Notes: generated by a model from the sequence alone, not told the origin. Positions 26,240-41,539 are shown, counted from the whole stretch's first letter. The stretch: DNA of 63,160 nucleotides, filler included, from Octopus bimaculoides (GCF_001194135.2; 5 parts of 5 records of this genome joined end to end with filler, not necessarily neighbours in it), one strand, 5' to 3'. Numbers and translations are program-made.

Positions 26240-27125
26240 TATAACAAAAGAGAGAAGCGATGAAAATGGATACCAAGAGGAAAAAATGTTGAAAGTACAC
26301 GGAGCCTTCCGCCTAAAGAGTGACACCAATAGGCTGTACTTGTCCAGAAGAAAGGGTGGGAGTTTCCAGGACTTTATCGAAACAGAGGAAAACAGCTTAG
26401 TGCCGTGTATAAAAAATGCCGTGGACCTATTGTTGAAACATACAAAGAAGGCCAGCGTCATCAAAACTGAAAATTGCGTAATGAAAGAAAAATTTAAACA
26501 GGAAATGAACACCCAAAACGAAAAAGCATGGAAAGAAAAAAACATACGGTCAGTTTGCAAGAGATGTGAACGCCAAGACAGATACAGAGGACCGGTGGCT
26601 ATGGGTGAGGAGGAGTGATCTGAAGGTAGAGACAAAAGCACTCATATACGCAGCTGAAGAACAAGCGTTAAGGACCATGTTAAGTGAGTATAGACAACAC
26701 TACCGACAGCGACAAATGCAGAATGTGTGGTGAGAGTGGTGAAACGATATGCCACATTGTTAGCGAATGCCCAAAATTGGCACAACGTGAATGCAAAAGA
26801 CGCCATGACAATGCAGCTAGAATAATCCATTGAGAGCTCTGTGGAAATCAAGACCTACAAAGAGCAAATGCGTAATATGACAAAACTCCAGAAGAAGTCA
26901 TCGAAAATGAGAATTGCAGAATCCTGTGGGATGCAATGATCCCGTGCGATCAACCGACCAGACATCGGAAACCGGACATTGTTGTGGTGAAAAAAAAAAG
27001 AAGAAAGAAAATGCATAATAATCGACATAGCATGCCCCGGTGACAACATTATCAATGTGAAAGAAGAAAAAATAAATAAACAACTATGACGATTTGAAGT
27101 GGGAAATACGAAGGTTGTGGTCATC
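26240..27125 (+). mobile_element. R4/Dong fragment of the same subfamily as 3725-6270, preceded by (TAA)n
   Basis: Nucleotide-level match to about 5120-5980; CRMCGESGETICHIVSECPKLAQ; HRKPDIVV, IDIACPGD; (TAA)n at 26214-26241. Confidence 0.88.
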
Positions 27126-27214
27126 TTTCTAGCCTTGGTGTCGAAGAAAATGAACCTGCGATATTAGTTAAAGAAAAAACTCCAAAAGTCAACCCCACTC
27201 TCTGGATGATTTGA

Positions 27215-27643
27215 GACTGTATGGCTCTCATGGCTTTTGAAGCAGTGTCTCTCATGGCTTTTGAAGCATAGGATTTCATACTTTTGATCTTAATTAATTG
27301 GAAGTATACATGTTTTGTCTTGGTATAAAAGTATACATGTTATGTATACATGTTATGTATTGGCTACAGAAAATATTCTGCTCAGTACCACAGATTTGCT
27401 TGTCAGTTGCTTCAGTTTAACCAGTTGAGCATATCCCTTAGTAGCAGACGTTATATGCAGTTCTGATCACGAGGAGAAGTAGTAGGGGAGCATCATATCC
27501 GTGTGTTGAGAGGAATTCTTTGGGGTTTGAATAATTCACCTCTGGAAACATAGGTGTTTCGTTCAGTGCCACTTTAATGGCATGTGCTGCTCTCTCACCC
27601 TATAATGATGATGATGATGATAATAATAATAATAATAATAATG

Positions 27644-27713
<70 letters not shown>

Positions 27714-27715
27714 TG

Positions 27716-27799
<84 letters not shown>

Positions 27800-28070
27800 T
27801 TAATAATGATAATGGCTGTTTTGTTCATCATCCTTAAACAAACTTTATTGAAGGACCTTTTGAGCGGGATAGGCTACTCGACCTGAAGAAAATTCTAACT
27901 GGGTCGGTCCGCCCCACCTGCAAGTTCATGCGCTGTTAATTTTGATGAGATTACCATGTCGCGCACATATGGTGTACCCTTATCTGACAGGTAGTCATAA
28001 TGGGTATACTGGACTTCGTATATTTTACCCCAGTGTCACTCTGATGGCATGCACTGCCCTGTCACTCAAT
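27215..28070 (+). mobile_element. Non-coding (TAA)n-tailed interspersed element, copy 1, interrupted at 27566-27816
   Basis: Aligns with 28150-28670; ends gcactgccctgtcactc + (TAA)n. Confidence 0.75.
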
Positions 28071-28083
28071 AATAATAATGATG

Positions 28084-28149
<66 letters not shown>

Positions 28150-28154
<5 letters not shown>

Positions 28155-28670
28155 GCCCGGATGCAGTACCAGGCAGTGGCTCTCATGGCTCCTGATCTTA
28201 ATTGATTGGAAGTGTTATCATGTACATTGCTTTGTCTTGGTATAAAAGATGGGCTACAACAAATATTCTTAACCCGTTGAGCATGTCCCTTAGTGGCTGA
28301 CGATATGTGCATCTCTGATCACGAGCAGAAGTAGTGGGGGAGCGTCATAGCCATGTGTTGAGAGGAATTCTTTGGGGTTTGAATAATTCACCTTTGGAAA
28401 CATGGGTGTTTTGCTCAACATCCTTAAACAAACCTTATTCAGGGACCTTTTGAGCGGGATGGGCTACTCGACCTGAAGAAAATTCTAACTGGGCCCCACA
28501 TGCGAGGTCATGCGCTGTTTATCTTGATATGAGACCACCATGTCGCGCACATATGGTTGTGATGCATGTGCCTGGTGTACCCTTATCAGACAGGTAGTCC
28601 TAATGGGTATACTGGGCTTCGTATATTTTACCCCAGTTTCACTTTGATGGCATGCACTGCTCTCTCACTC
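28150..28670 (+). mobile_element. Non-coding (TAA)n-tailed interspersed element, copy 2
   Basis: ggcagtggctctcatggc ... gcactgctctctcactc followed by a long (TAA)n array to about 28870; also preceded by (TAA)n. Confidence 0.75.
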
Positions 28671-28686
28671 AATAATAATAATAATG

Positions 28687-28783
<97 letters not shown>

Positions 28784-28785
28784 TG

Positions 28786-28863
<78 letters not shown>

Positions 28864-28879
28864 GAATAATAATAATAGA

Positions 28880-29397
28880 ATAACAATAGAATAACAACAG
28901 AAAAAGATGGTATAGGCACACACCAGAAAAGGTCACAGAAAATAAAAAAACAACCAAACTGTGGGATATGCCAATGCACAAAGATAGAGAAGCTAAGACC
29001 AATATGCCGGATTTGTTATCAGAGATCATACACCAACAGATGATAACGTTTCTCCAAAAGAAATGGAGAAACTTTCAAAATACAAAGACATAGAAATAGA
29101 GATAACTTGAATGTGGAATCTAAAAACAGAAACAATTTCTATCATAATATGCGCATTAGGAATGATAAAAAAATATTCAGGCAAATGCATAACAAAAACA
29201 CCAGGACTAACAAATATATAATATACAGAAAATAGCACTACTAGGCACCGCACACATCCTACGTGAAACACTTTCAATGCAGTAACAATAAGAGCTTCAC
29301 AACAAACCACAGCACATACCCAAGGTACACAGAGCTGCGCTCGGTAGTGCAGTGAAAGCACCTGATAAAAATAAGACTACTGAATGATAATAATAAT
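28880..29397 (+). mobile_element. Second R4/Dong subfamily, 3' endonuclease fragment flanked by TAA on both sides
   Basis: WYRHTPEKV...LWDMP...PD; EKLSKYKDIEIEI; IQKIALLGTAHILRETL; 3' UTR ends actactgaa + TAA repeats. Confidence 0.85.
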
Positions 29398-29770
29398 AAC
29401 AAGAGCACTCAGAGAGCACAAACCTCTGCCAAGGCAACACCAACGTCCTCTTAACAATTAGCCGGAGATGGTTTTCAAAATGAGAATATCTGAAATAAAC
29501 TCGACTGCTCTCACAAACAAGAATACTAAAAATGAACCCGACCGCTCTCAGAAAGTAAGAAAAAAAAAACGGAAAAATAATTCAGAACCCTTGTCCGGTA
29601 CCGGATAGATCTCCAAATCTAATCAGTTCCTGCCAGTCACAAGGCCAAACATCCCTGAAAGTTTCAACCTAATCCATCCAGCGGTTCTTGAGATATCCTG
29701 TCCACGGACGGACAAACAAACAAACAAACAAAACTGAAAACAATACCTCCGCCTTCGCTAAGGCGGAGGT
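29398..29770 (-). mobile_element. DINE-1/HINE-like non-autonomous Helentron-type element
   Basis: On the minus strand: subTIR ACCTCCGCC with its inverted partner 8 nt away (29745-29770); (GTTT)n(GTCC)n microsatellite; second subTIR at 29422-29430; imperfect terminal stem-loop at 29403-29419; inserted between T residues of the ATT array. Confidence 0.7.
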
Positions 29771-29879
29771 AATAATGACACATAGGACTGCGTGCAGCTA
29801 AAGAACTAAGGCAAAAAATCAAAGCAGTGTCGGGTAAAAAAAAAATGATATACCGACAGAGAACAAATCTGTACTAGTA

Positions 29880-31841
<1,962 letters not shown>

Positions 31842-31857
31842 TACATACATACATATA

Positions 31858-32718
31858 CAGGGTGCGAGGGGTAAATTGTCGCCATTTTATATTTGTAATT
31901 TTGCGCATTGTTTGTTATTGATTTTGTCGAGTACACAGTATAGTAGGGTCAGCTAGGCACCGTCTGTGAGAAAAACACCACCATGATGCAATCTACTCTG
32001 CCAGAAATTTGGAAACAACATGCTGTACTGTTTGGCATTCGCGCTGAAAGCTCCAGTATGAACGTATCAGAGCATTTGGGTGTCAATCTAAGGACAGTGC
32101 AATCTGAGAACATGTACCAAGAGTGATTAAAATCAAACATGCAGTCAACATCATGATGTCTGGAGAGATCACTAGTGATGGAGACGTTATGTCTCCATTC
32201 ATCTTCCCACATGGCCTCAGGCTCAACACTGAGGCCTACAACAAGTGCTGCCCTGGGTCAAGAGTGTGGCTGCTGGAAGACCCTATATCTGGCAACAGGA
32301 CTCTGCACCATGCCACACAAGCAGGAGAACCCAGCCATGGATGTCAAAAATTTCTGCGAGCACATTAACAACTGGCCACTTAACTCCCCAGACTGCATCC
32401 CACTTCATTATTATATGTGGGGCGCAGTTGAGCGAGAGATCAACAAAACTTCTTGTAACACCAAAGATGAACAGAAGGCAAAGATTATGGCAGCATTCAC
32501 CAACTTAAACAAGGAGACTGTCCAGAACAGTTGCAGGAGATTCTGAAGTTGTCTGGAGGCCGTGGTTGAAACCAATGGCGATTTTATTAAAGAAATCTAC
32601 TCTTTAGTATTTCAAGATATCTTCTATGTAATTTTGGTAAATATATCTGTGAAAATAAGATGTCAGTGTTATTTTCATTTTTGCGTAATTTAGACGATAT
32701 TTTATTCAGCGCATTCTG
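31858..32718 (+). mobile_element. Internally deleted Tc1/mariner of maT (DD37D)-like type
   Basis: TA|CAGGGTGCG left end and a decayed inverted right end; YIWQQDSAPCHTSRRTQ ... WPLNSPDCIPLHYYMWGAVE, with the third Asp mutated to His. Confidence 0.8.
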
Positions 32719-32721
32719 TGT

Positions 32722-32778
<57 letters not shown>

Positions 32779-33067
32779 NNNNNNNNNNNNNNNNNNNNNN
32801 NNNNNNNNNNNNNNNNNNNNNNNNNNNNNNNNNNNNNNNNNNNNNNNNNNNNNNNNNNNNNNNNNNNNNNNNNNNNNNNNNNNNNNNNNNNNNNNNNNNN
32901 NNNNNNNNNNNNNNNNNNNNNNNNNNNNNNNNNNNNNNNNNNNNNNNNNNNNNNNNNNNNNNNNNNNNNNNNNNNNNNNNNNNNNNNNNNNNNNNNNNNN
33001 NNNNNNNNNNNNNNNNNNNNGTATGTATGTATGTATGTATGTATGTATGTATGTACACACACACACA

Positions 33068-33386
33068 TTCCAGACCGGGCGTTGTGAGTGTTTATTGAGC
33101 GAAAACATCTAAAAGCTCCACGAGGCCCCGGCAGGAGATGGTGGCGAACCCTGCTGTACTCTTTCACCACAACTTTCTCACTCTTACTTCCTGTTTCTGT
33201 TGTGCGTGTAATTCAAAGGGTCAGCCTTGTCACACTGTGTCACACTGAATATCCCCGAGAACTACATTAAGGGTACACATGTCTGTGGAGTGCTCAGCCA
33301 CTTGCACGTTAATTTCACGAGCAGGCTGTTCGGTTGATCGGATCAACTGGAACCCTCACCGTCGTAAGCGACGGAGTGCCAACAAC
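33068..33386 (+). mobile_element. tRNA-derived SINE family 3, head lost
   Basis: Closely matches the reverse complement of 40052-40400 and overlaps the head at 63079-63160. Confidence 0.85.
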
Positions 33387-33458
33387 GCACACACACTCAT
33401 ACACACACGCATACACATACACATACATATATATGTATATGTATGTGTGTATATATAT

Positions 33459-33517
<59 letters not shown>

Positions 33518-33535
33518 CACACACACATACATATG

Positions 33536-33583
<48 letters not shown>

Positions 33584-34026
33584 TGTATGTATGCATGTAT
33601 GCGCGCGCTCACACACACACGCGCGCGCGCGCATTATCTCTCCGCCACCGCAGCCTCTCAGAACCTAAACTAAGAGACAGACACACCTGAAAGTGGTTTG
33701 GAGTAGAAAAAGTGATCTGAAGAGGTTGTGATTGACGACGAAAGGAATTTGACAAACATTAGTGATTGATGGATTAACCGAATAATTAATCAAATAAGCG
33801 GTTAGTTTATTGGATAAAATTGGTTAATTGAAATAATGATCCTCCCGATATGCAACAAAACCTGTTTTAATACACGAGTTCACAATCAAGAATCTTGCAG
33901 ACCAAATATGAAAGTGATATATGTGTGTGTGAGTGTGCGTGTGTGTGTGTGTGTGTCTATCTATTTATCTACATATATGTGTGTGAGCGTGTACATATAT
34001 ATATACATATGTGTGTGTGTGTTTGA

Positions 34027-34057
<31 letters not shown>

Positions 34058-34066
34058 TATATGCGC

Positions 34067-34106
<40 letters not shown>

Positions 34107-34206
34107 NNNNNNNNNNNNNNNNNNNNNNNNNNNNNNNNNNNNNNNNNNNNTTAATTAATTAANNNNNNNNNNNNNNNNNNNNNNNNNNNNNNNNNNNNNN
34201 NNNNNN

Positions 34207-34249
<43 letters not shown>

Positions 34250-34882
34250 TACAATCATACATGCACACATACATATTAGAATGAACCCTTCCCTTTGACC
34301 CCATTTTCTGCCCTCAGACCCCCGCCACCAACACCATCACCACTACACCCGACAGCAATTCCATCACCTACACCCACTACACTACCCCATCCCACATCCC
34401 TTGAAAATCTTTGTTGCTACGGCGGAGAAAATCGGACTTAGAGCCATTAAGAACAGTCCTGGGATAAATCTTTCTCTAATGGCCGAAATAAATGGGCGAC
34501 TTTTGAATGGTGAGACCGTCTTGCTTTGACGGGTGGGGATATAGGAAACTGACGGTACTGGCGGTGGCAGTGGGGTTTGATGATAATGATGGTGGTGGTG
34601 ATAGCATCGGTGGAGTTGGATGATGATGATAATGATGATGATTATGGTGGTAATGGTGGTAGTCTTGGTGATGATGGGAATGTCGATAATGACGCTGAAG
34701 AGGAGAAGGAGAAGGATAGTAGTGTTGGTAGTAGTAATAGTGGTGCAGGTGATGACGATGATGATGATGGTGGTGGTGGCAACACTTTTAAATATGGAGT
34801 CCAGAGAGGTCGAAAGTGTAAGATGAAAAAATGAAATCTAAAGGATAATGTCTAACGGTCTTTTTAAAATTCTTGTCATATA

Positions 34883-34975
34883 CAGTAATACCTCGACTAT
34901 CGCGGGTGTTTCGTTCCAAAACCCTGCGATAGTCGAGGTTGAAAATCCGCGAAGTAGAAACAGTACTGCATATTA
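34883..34975. mobile_element. Tigger/pogo-like MITE fragment with an internal hairpin
   Basis: TA|CAGTAATACCTCG end; arms acctcgactatcgcgggt (34890-34907) / accctgcgatagtcgaggt (34921-34939). Confidence 0.55.
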
Positions 34976-35358
34976 TTTTCATTATCTTTATAATTTGTAA
35001 ATATTTATTTTATTATAAATGCAAAACGCCACGGACGTAAGCTTAAATAATCCTTCCTACTATAGGCACAAGGCCTGGATTTTAGGGGAGGAGTATAGTC
35101 GATCACATCGACCCCGGTGCACTAAATACATCGCAGTATTTACTCTATCCCTTTGCGTTTTGAGTACAAATTCTATCTCGGCACTTATAACTTTCATCTG
35201 TTCGCTGCCTGGCAGAATAATTTCGAACTTGAATTAAATTCTGCCGATGTCAACAATGCCACTCTTTCATCCGAGTGTCTTCTGCTATAGCCTCGAGCTG
35301 GTCAAAGCCTTGTGGGTGGATTTGGTAGACGGAAACTGAAAGAAGCCTGTCGTATGCA

Positions 35359-35431
<73 letters not shown>

Positions 35432-36449
35432 ATGTATGTGTTTGAATTTGTCCCTCCACCATCGCTTGACAACCGATGTTGGTGTGTTCACGTTCCCGTA
35501 CCTCAGCGGTTCGGCAAAGAGATCGATAGAGTAAGCACTAAGGCTTGCAAAGAATAAGTCTCGGGGTCGATTTCTTCGACTAAAGGCAGTGGTCCAACAT
35601 GGCTGCAGTCAGATGACTGAAACAAATTAAAGACTAAAAGAATTATCATCATCGTCGCTGTCGACGTCGCCGCCATAATTGTTATCATTTCCTGCCGAGA
35701 TCGACCTTGCCGTTCATCCTTTCCGTGTGGATTAAATATGCACCGGTCGAGCACTGGAATCGTTGTAATCGACTAGTCCCGCCCCATCAAAGCTTTCCTC
35801 CGTCTTTTGCTCTGAGTTAGAATTCCTCCGAAGTTGACTTTGCCTTTCATCCTCTCGGGGTCGATTTAATTAGTGGCAATCGAGCATTGGTGTCAATATA
35901 AATCGACTACCCCATTCTCTAAGAAATTGCTGGCTCTGTGCCAAAATTTGGCACCATTATTGTAGAGACAACGAAAGAAAACATCTACATCATTGGTGGC
36001 AAAGCTTTTTAGCTCGGTATGTCAAAATATCCATTCCTTCAATAATCTTTATTATTAGAGCGTCGTATGTAAGCATTTTCGTTTTAGGTAAATGCATAGG
36101 AATAACCTTTCAACAGCCTGATATTTGTAGAGAGAATTATTTTCAAATCACATCACGTTTCTACTAAAAACACCCACGGTATGTAACTGCTGACAACCAT
36201 GTCATAGATTTGATATCACTGCTCTACCTAGTGGCACGACCTGTTAAATATAGCAGCCAAATTTTCTTGAAGGTGCACTGTGTTCTTTTAGAAAAAGACA
36301 CCTAGTTATGTATAGCCTTGGATTTCTTGCGCATAGGTAAAAAGACATGATAGTAGTCATGACTAAAATTTCTTTGATAATAGTTCTATTCGATCAAGGC
36401 TGATGTTTGGATATTCAACAGCAACAAAAAGAACAACTGAAGCAGTAAC

Positions 36450-36676
36450 ACAGCAACAATCATTTCTAATTTTGGCTCAAGACCAGCAAACATGAATGAA
36501 GAGTAAAGTCGATTATGCCGACCCCAGCCTTCAAGTAGTACTTTATTTTATCGAGCCCGAAAGGATAAAAGGCAAAGTCAACCTCAGCGGAATTTGAACT
36601 CAGAACGTAAAGACGGACGAAATGCCGCTAAGCATTTTTGTTTAACGCACTAATGATTCTGCCAGCTCGCCGCTTT
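36450..36676 (-). mobile_element. SINE family 1 copy
   Basis: Reverse complement of the 62070-62230 head; further minus copies at about 40520-40888, 47820-47995 and 55860-56030. Confidence 0.8.
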
Positions 36677-38341
36677 AATGAACAGAACAGTAAGAAGAGC
36701 AAAAATGAAAACAGCAAAAACAGTAACAGTGTTTCATCGTATTAAATGGAGAAAATAGTTTTGTTTTATGCCAAAAGAAAAAGAACTCAACAAAACCATA
36801 GCAAGGATACCTAAAAATAAAACTAAAACAACACGTGACAAATGACTGATGACTGCATTGTTTGTATNNNNNNNNNNNNNNNNNNNNNNNNNNNNNNNNN
36901 NNNNNNNNNNNNNNNNNNNNNNNNNNNNNNNNNNNNNNNNNNNNNNNNNNNNNNNNNNNNNNNNNNNNNNNNNNNNNNNNNNNNNNNNNNNNNNNNNNNN
37001 NNNNNNNNNNNNNNNNNNNNNNNNNNNNNNNNNNNNNNNNNNNNNNNNNNNNNNNNNNNNNNNNNNNNNNNNNNNNNNNNNNNNNNNNNNNNNNNNNNNN
37101 NNNNNNNNNNNNNNTATATATATATATATATATCAAGGGTTCGTACCCAGTTGTAGGGAGTCTCGCTATCCATGCTTCCATTTTGTTTTTTTTGTTTTGT
37201 TTTTTTTACACGTTATAGGACTTTTAAATATTATGGGAACAAAGCGATTACTATAGAACAATTAATCAACGTTTTCCACTATTTCCATTCCACACAGTGA
37301 TAGGTTCTTCGAGATATTTTGACATGACATGTGTCACGTGCGATAAATTATATATAATGTATATGTATATATGTGTGTGCCACTGTGTGTGTGTTCGTGC
37401 GTGTATATGTGTGTGTTGTGTGCGTATGTATGTGGGCACAGGACAAAAAAAAAACGAAGTAGGAGTACATGGAATATGAACTATTTTTTCGAACAACGAA
37501 AGAGACAAATGGAAAACAAGACAAACAACACAAAGAATGACCCTTCATCAGTTGTTGGCTGTTTTTCTACTCTCTTATTTCGATCATTTAACAACAATAT
37601 GCGTTTTCGATAAAACAGTTGATCCCGCAAAGCAANNNNNNNNNNNNNNNNNNNNNNNNNNNNNNNNNNNNNNNNNNNNNNNNNNNNNNNNNNNNNNNNN
37701 NNNNNNNNNNNNNNNNNNNNNNNNNNNNNNNNNNNNNNNNNNNNNNNNNNNNNNNNNNNNNNNNNNNNNNNNNNNNNNNNNNNNNNNNNNNNNNNNNNNN
37801 NNNNNNNNNNNNNATATATATATATATATATATATATATAAACATATATATATATATATATATACATATATACATATATACATATATACGTATAGATGTA
37901 AGTATGTACATATATATACATATATATGCACATAATTACATATATATAGGGAATATTATGTCTGCGATTTGAAGCCGACAGTCGAAAATTGAAGTCGCAG
38001 TGAACTTGCTGTTCCTAATAAATTTGATTCAACTCCTTGTCTAAAGACATTCCCTCCTTCTAAAACTTATTTAAAAATAACACATACGCACACACACGCG
38101 CGCACACAGACGAACACACACACACACACACACATGCTCACAAGCACATGCACACACATTTACACATACATATAGACATGTGTTGTCTAGCAGACTTCGA
38201 CATCCTTCGACATCAAATTACAAGTCAAAATATATCATTTCCCCTTTGTGTCCAGATTTTCAAATCCACATTAACTTTTCTCACATCGGTTCAGTACAAA
38301 CACACGCGATCTCTCTTTCAACAACTCCCTCTTTCTAAGCA

Positions 38342-38398
<57 letters not shown>

Positions 38399-39089
38399 TT
38401 CTGTTATTTTCCTCAATCTCTCTCTTTTCTCTCGCTCTTTCTCACACACATCTACACATTTTCATTTTCTTCCCTTCTTTTTTCATGTTTTTTCTTCACT
38501 TCTTTTCTCCTATTCACGCTGCATGAACGCATGCGAACGTGCAGAATCACTTAGAGACATAACATGCTTACAAACATATGCATATACATACGAATACAGG
38601 CATGCACACATAAGGCATACACACACACACACACACACACATACAATCATATATATATATAATATTCACATACATATACACACACATGTGAGTAAACATA
38701 CTACCTGCCATACACACACACACATACATATTTGAATAGATATAGATTTACATTACATATATATATATAAATACATACACACATATACATATATACATAT
38801 TCACACACATGCATACATACATACATACATACAAATATACACACACATTATATGTGTATGTGTGTGTTTGTTTATACATGTGTGTGTAAATATTCAGCAC
38901 ATTCACAAGAACTATGCTTACAATTTATAAAATAAAGACGTACGTATTACAGATACACACACACAGAGGCGCGCGAGCACGCACAAAGAGAATGAGTGCG
39001 ATCCGCACATGCACACGCGCAAACAGAAATATAAATCTACATCCACAATTATAATTCATATTTACACATCAGACCTGGTAATCCCCACC

Positions 39090-39121
<32 letters not shown>

Positions 39122-39547
39122 CAGCCCCGCCCCCACCACCATGCGTTCCCTTAATCATATTCCCTCTGGTTTCCCCATTTGATAGTATGTACACCGCGTT
39201 GCTATTGTTGAACACATCTTAATACAGGCCTCAACCCTTCGATTCTCGCCTGACCAGCATCAGTAAACTATATCTGAAGTGAAAACTTGTATGGAAGGAT
39301 GGAATAATGATATATGGATGGAGAGACGGACGGTAACGTCCAGACCAAACATTCACAACACCAATCAAACTCGGGTTTCAGTTTTGCTTGCCATATTTCT
39401 TGCTTTTCTTAGTTTTTGTTTTGTTTTGCTGTTATGTTTTTTCCTCCAGTTCTCCTTGTCTATAAAGACACCAACGTATGTGTGTTTTCTTTCGAATTCG
39501 ATTTCAGCTAGAGAACCTGAACGAGAAATAGGAAGAGGTATAACGAG

Positions 39548-39605
<58 letters not shown>

Positions 39606-39740
39606 TGTATATGTGTATATGTGTGTGAGAGGGAGAGATAGAGAGACAGACAGACACAGAGAGAGAGAGAGAGAGAGAGACAGAGACAGACAGACAGTCT
39701 GTGTGTGTTAGAGAGAATGCTATTGAGGAAGATAAAAAAA

Positions 39741-39818
39741 GAAATGTAGGGATAAACAAAGAGGAGAGATGGAGTAAAAGAAATGTAGGGATAAACAAAG
39801 AGGAGAGATGGAGTAAAA
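39741..39818. repeat. Perfect 39-bp tandem duplication
   Basis: gaaatgtagggataaacaaagaggagagatggagtaaaa occurs twice. Confidence 0.85.
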
Positions 39819-39923
39819 AGATGACAATTTCGAAAGAAAGAAAAAGAGAGAGAGAGAGAGAAGTGTATTCAAAGAGACTGGAGTCGTATTTTGAATTGCA
39901 GTTTCATAGAACTTGAGAAGCTG

Positions 39924-40001
<78 letters not shown>

Positions 40002-40051
40002 TTTTGTGTGTCTGTGTCTGTGTGTGTATCTGTGTGTCTGCAGATAGATAG

Positions 40052-40400
40052 TGTGGCGACGACGAGGGTTCCAGTTGAGACTGCTCGTGAAATTAACGTG
40101 CAAGTGGCTGAGCACTCCACAGACACGTGTTCCCTTAACGTAGTTCTCGGGGAGATTCAGCGTGACACAGTGTGACAAGGCTGGCCCTTTGAATTACAGG
40201 CACAACAGAAACAGGAAGAATGAGTGAGAGAAAGTTGTGGTGGAAGAGTACAGCAGGGCTCGCCACCATCCCCTGCCGGAGCCTCGTGAAGCTTTAGGTG
40301 TTTTCGCTCAATAAACATTCACAACGCCCGGTCTGGGAATCGAAACCACGATTCTACGACCGCGAGTCCGCTGTCCTAACCACTGGGCCATTGCGCCTCC
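40052..40400 (-). mobile_element. tRNA-derived SINE family 3, near full length
   Basis: Head ggaggcgcaatggcccagtggttagg (A-box TGGCCCAGTGG) and ggtttcgattcc (B-box); body shared with 33068-33386. Confidence 0.88.
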
Positions 40401-41357
40401 ACTGTAGATAGTTAGAAAGTGAGATAAATGCATTGGCAGAAAATCAGAGAGGCATTTTACCAGCTCTTCGCTTTTAAACAATAAAACTAATTCTTTGAAA
40501 TTTAACCACAAGACCAACCTTATTTTAGGGGCTAGTCAATTAAACCGACTTAAGTATTTGATTGGTATTTAATTTCATTGATCCAAAACGGATAAAAGGC
40601 AAAGTTGACCTCAGTGGTATGTGAACTCAAAAATCAAAGCAAGTATTTTGTCCAGTGCGTAAAAATTCTTTTCTACTCTAGGCATAAGACCCGAATTTTT
40701 TGAGGCGATGGGTGGGGGTGGGGCAGTCGATTAGATCGACCCCAGCACGTAGCTGGTACTTAATTTATTGACCCGGAAAGGATGAAAAGCAAAGTTGACC
40801 TCAGCGGAGTTTGAACTCAGAACATAAGGACAGATACCTCTAAGCATTTTGCCCAGCGTATTAACGTTTCTGCCAGCTCGCCGCCTTAATAGCAACACCA
40901 ATAACAATAACTACAAAGAAAAAAAAAAAGGATTACCGGAAACTTAACAACAGATTTAACTGGACAGAAGCGGCGTTAACTAAGCAATGTGTATTATAAC
41001 AGCACAATGACAATAAGAGCAGAAACAGCTACGATTACAACGATTATAACAATGACAATGACAACAAGGAAAACCACAGCAAAATGAACAACAAAAGACA
41101 ATAAAAATTGTAATAATAAATAATCTAATTAAAAAAAAAATAGAATAAAGAAAAGTAATTTAACACTCAAAACCCTTTTCCAAAAAACCTCTCCACATCA
41201 TCGCCACCAAACGACGCGAAATAAAATCGCCATGTATCATGTTCCATTTTATGAAATATTCGATGTATAATTCGGTTTAATTAAAATGGGCGGGAAATGG
41301 CGGCGTACAAAATAAAAATCATACATACATATACAGGTATTATATATATTTATATAA

Positions 41358-41406
<49 letters not shown>

Positions 41407-41539
41407 AACATCTGCTGACGAAAGTGTCGGAAACGTTAAAATAATTGTTTCGTTGACAATACATATAGTGGAGTTGTGCCATAGTGACTGAGCGCTTCTA
41501 ACAGCTAACGTAGCCATCAACTGATGAAATATGAAGGAA

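Noticed and set aside
27600-28870. Repeat-spacer-like alternation resembling a CRISPR array
   Set aside because: The repeats are TAA microsatellites and the spacers are homologous retroelement copies; there are no cas genes and the context is eukaryotic.
34443-34483. Inverted GCCATTA/TAATGGC homeodomain-type sites
   Set aside because: A 7-bp pair is expected by chance in 63 kb; no conservation data are available.
41415-41437. CTGACGA...GAAACGTT hammerhead-like string
   Set aside because: Stem II has at most 1 bp and there is no adjacent stem I.
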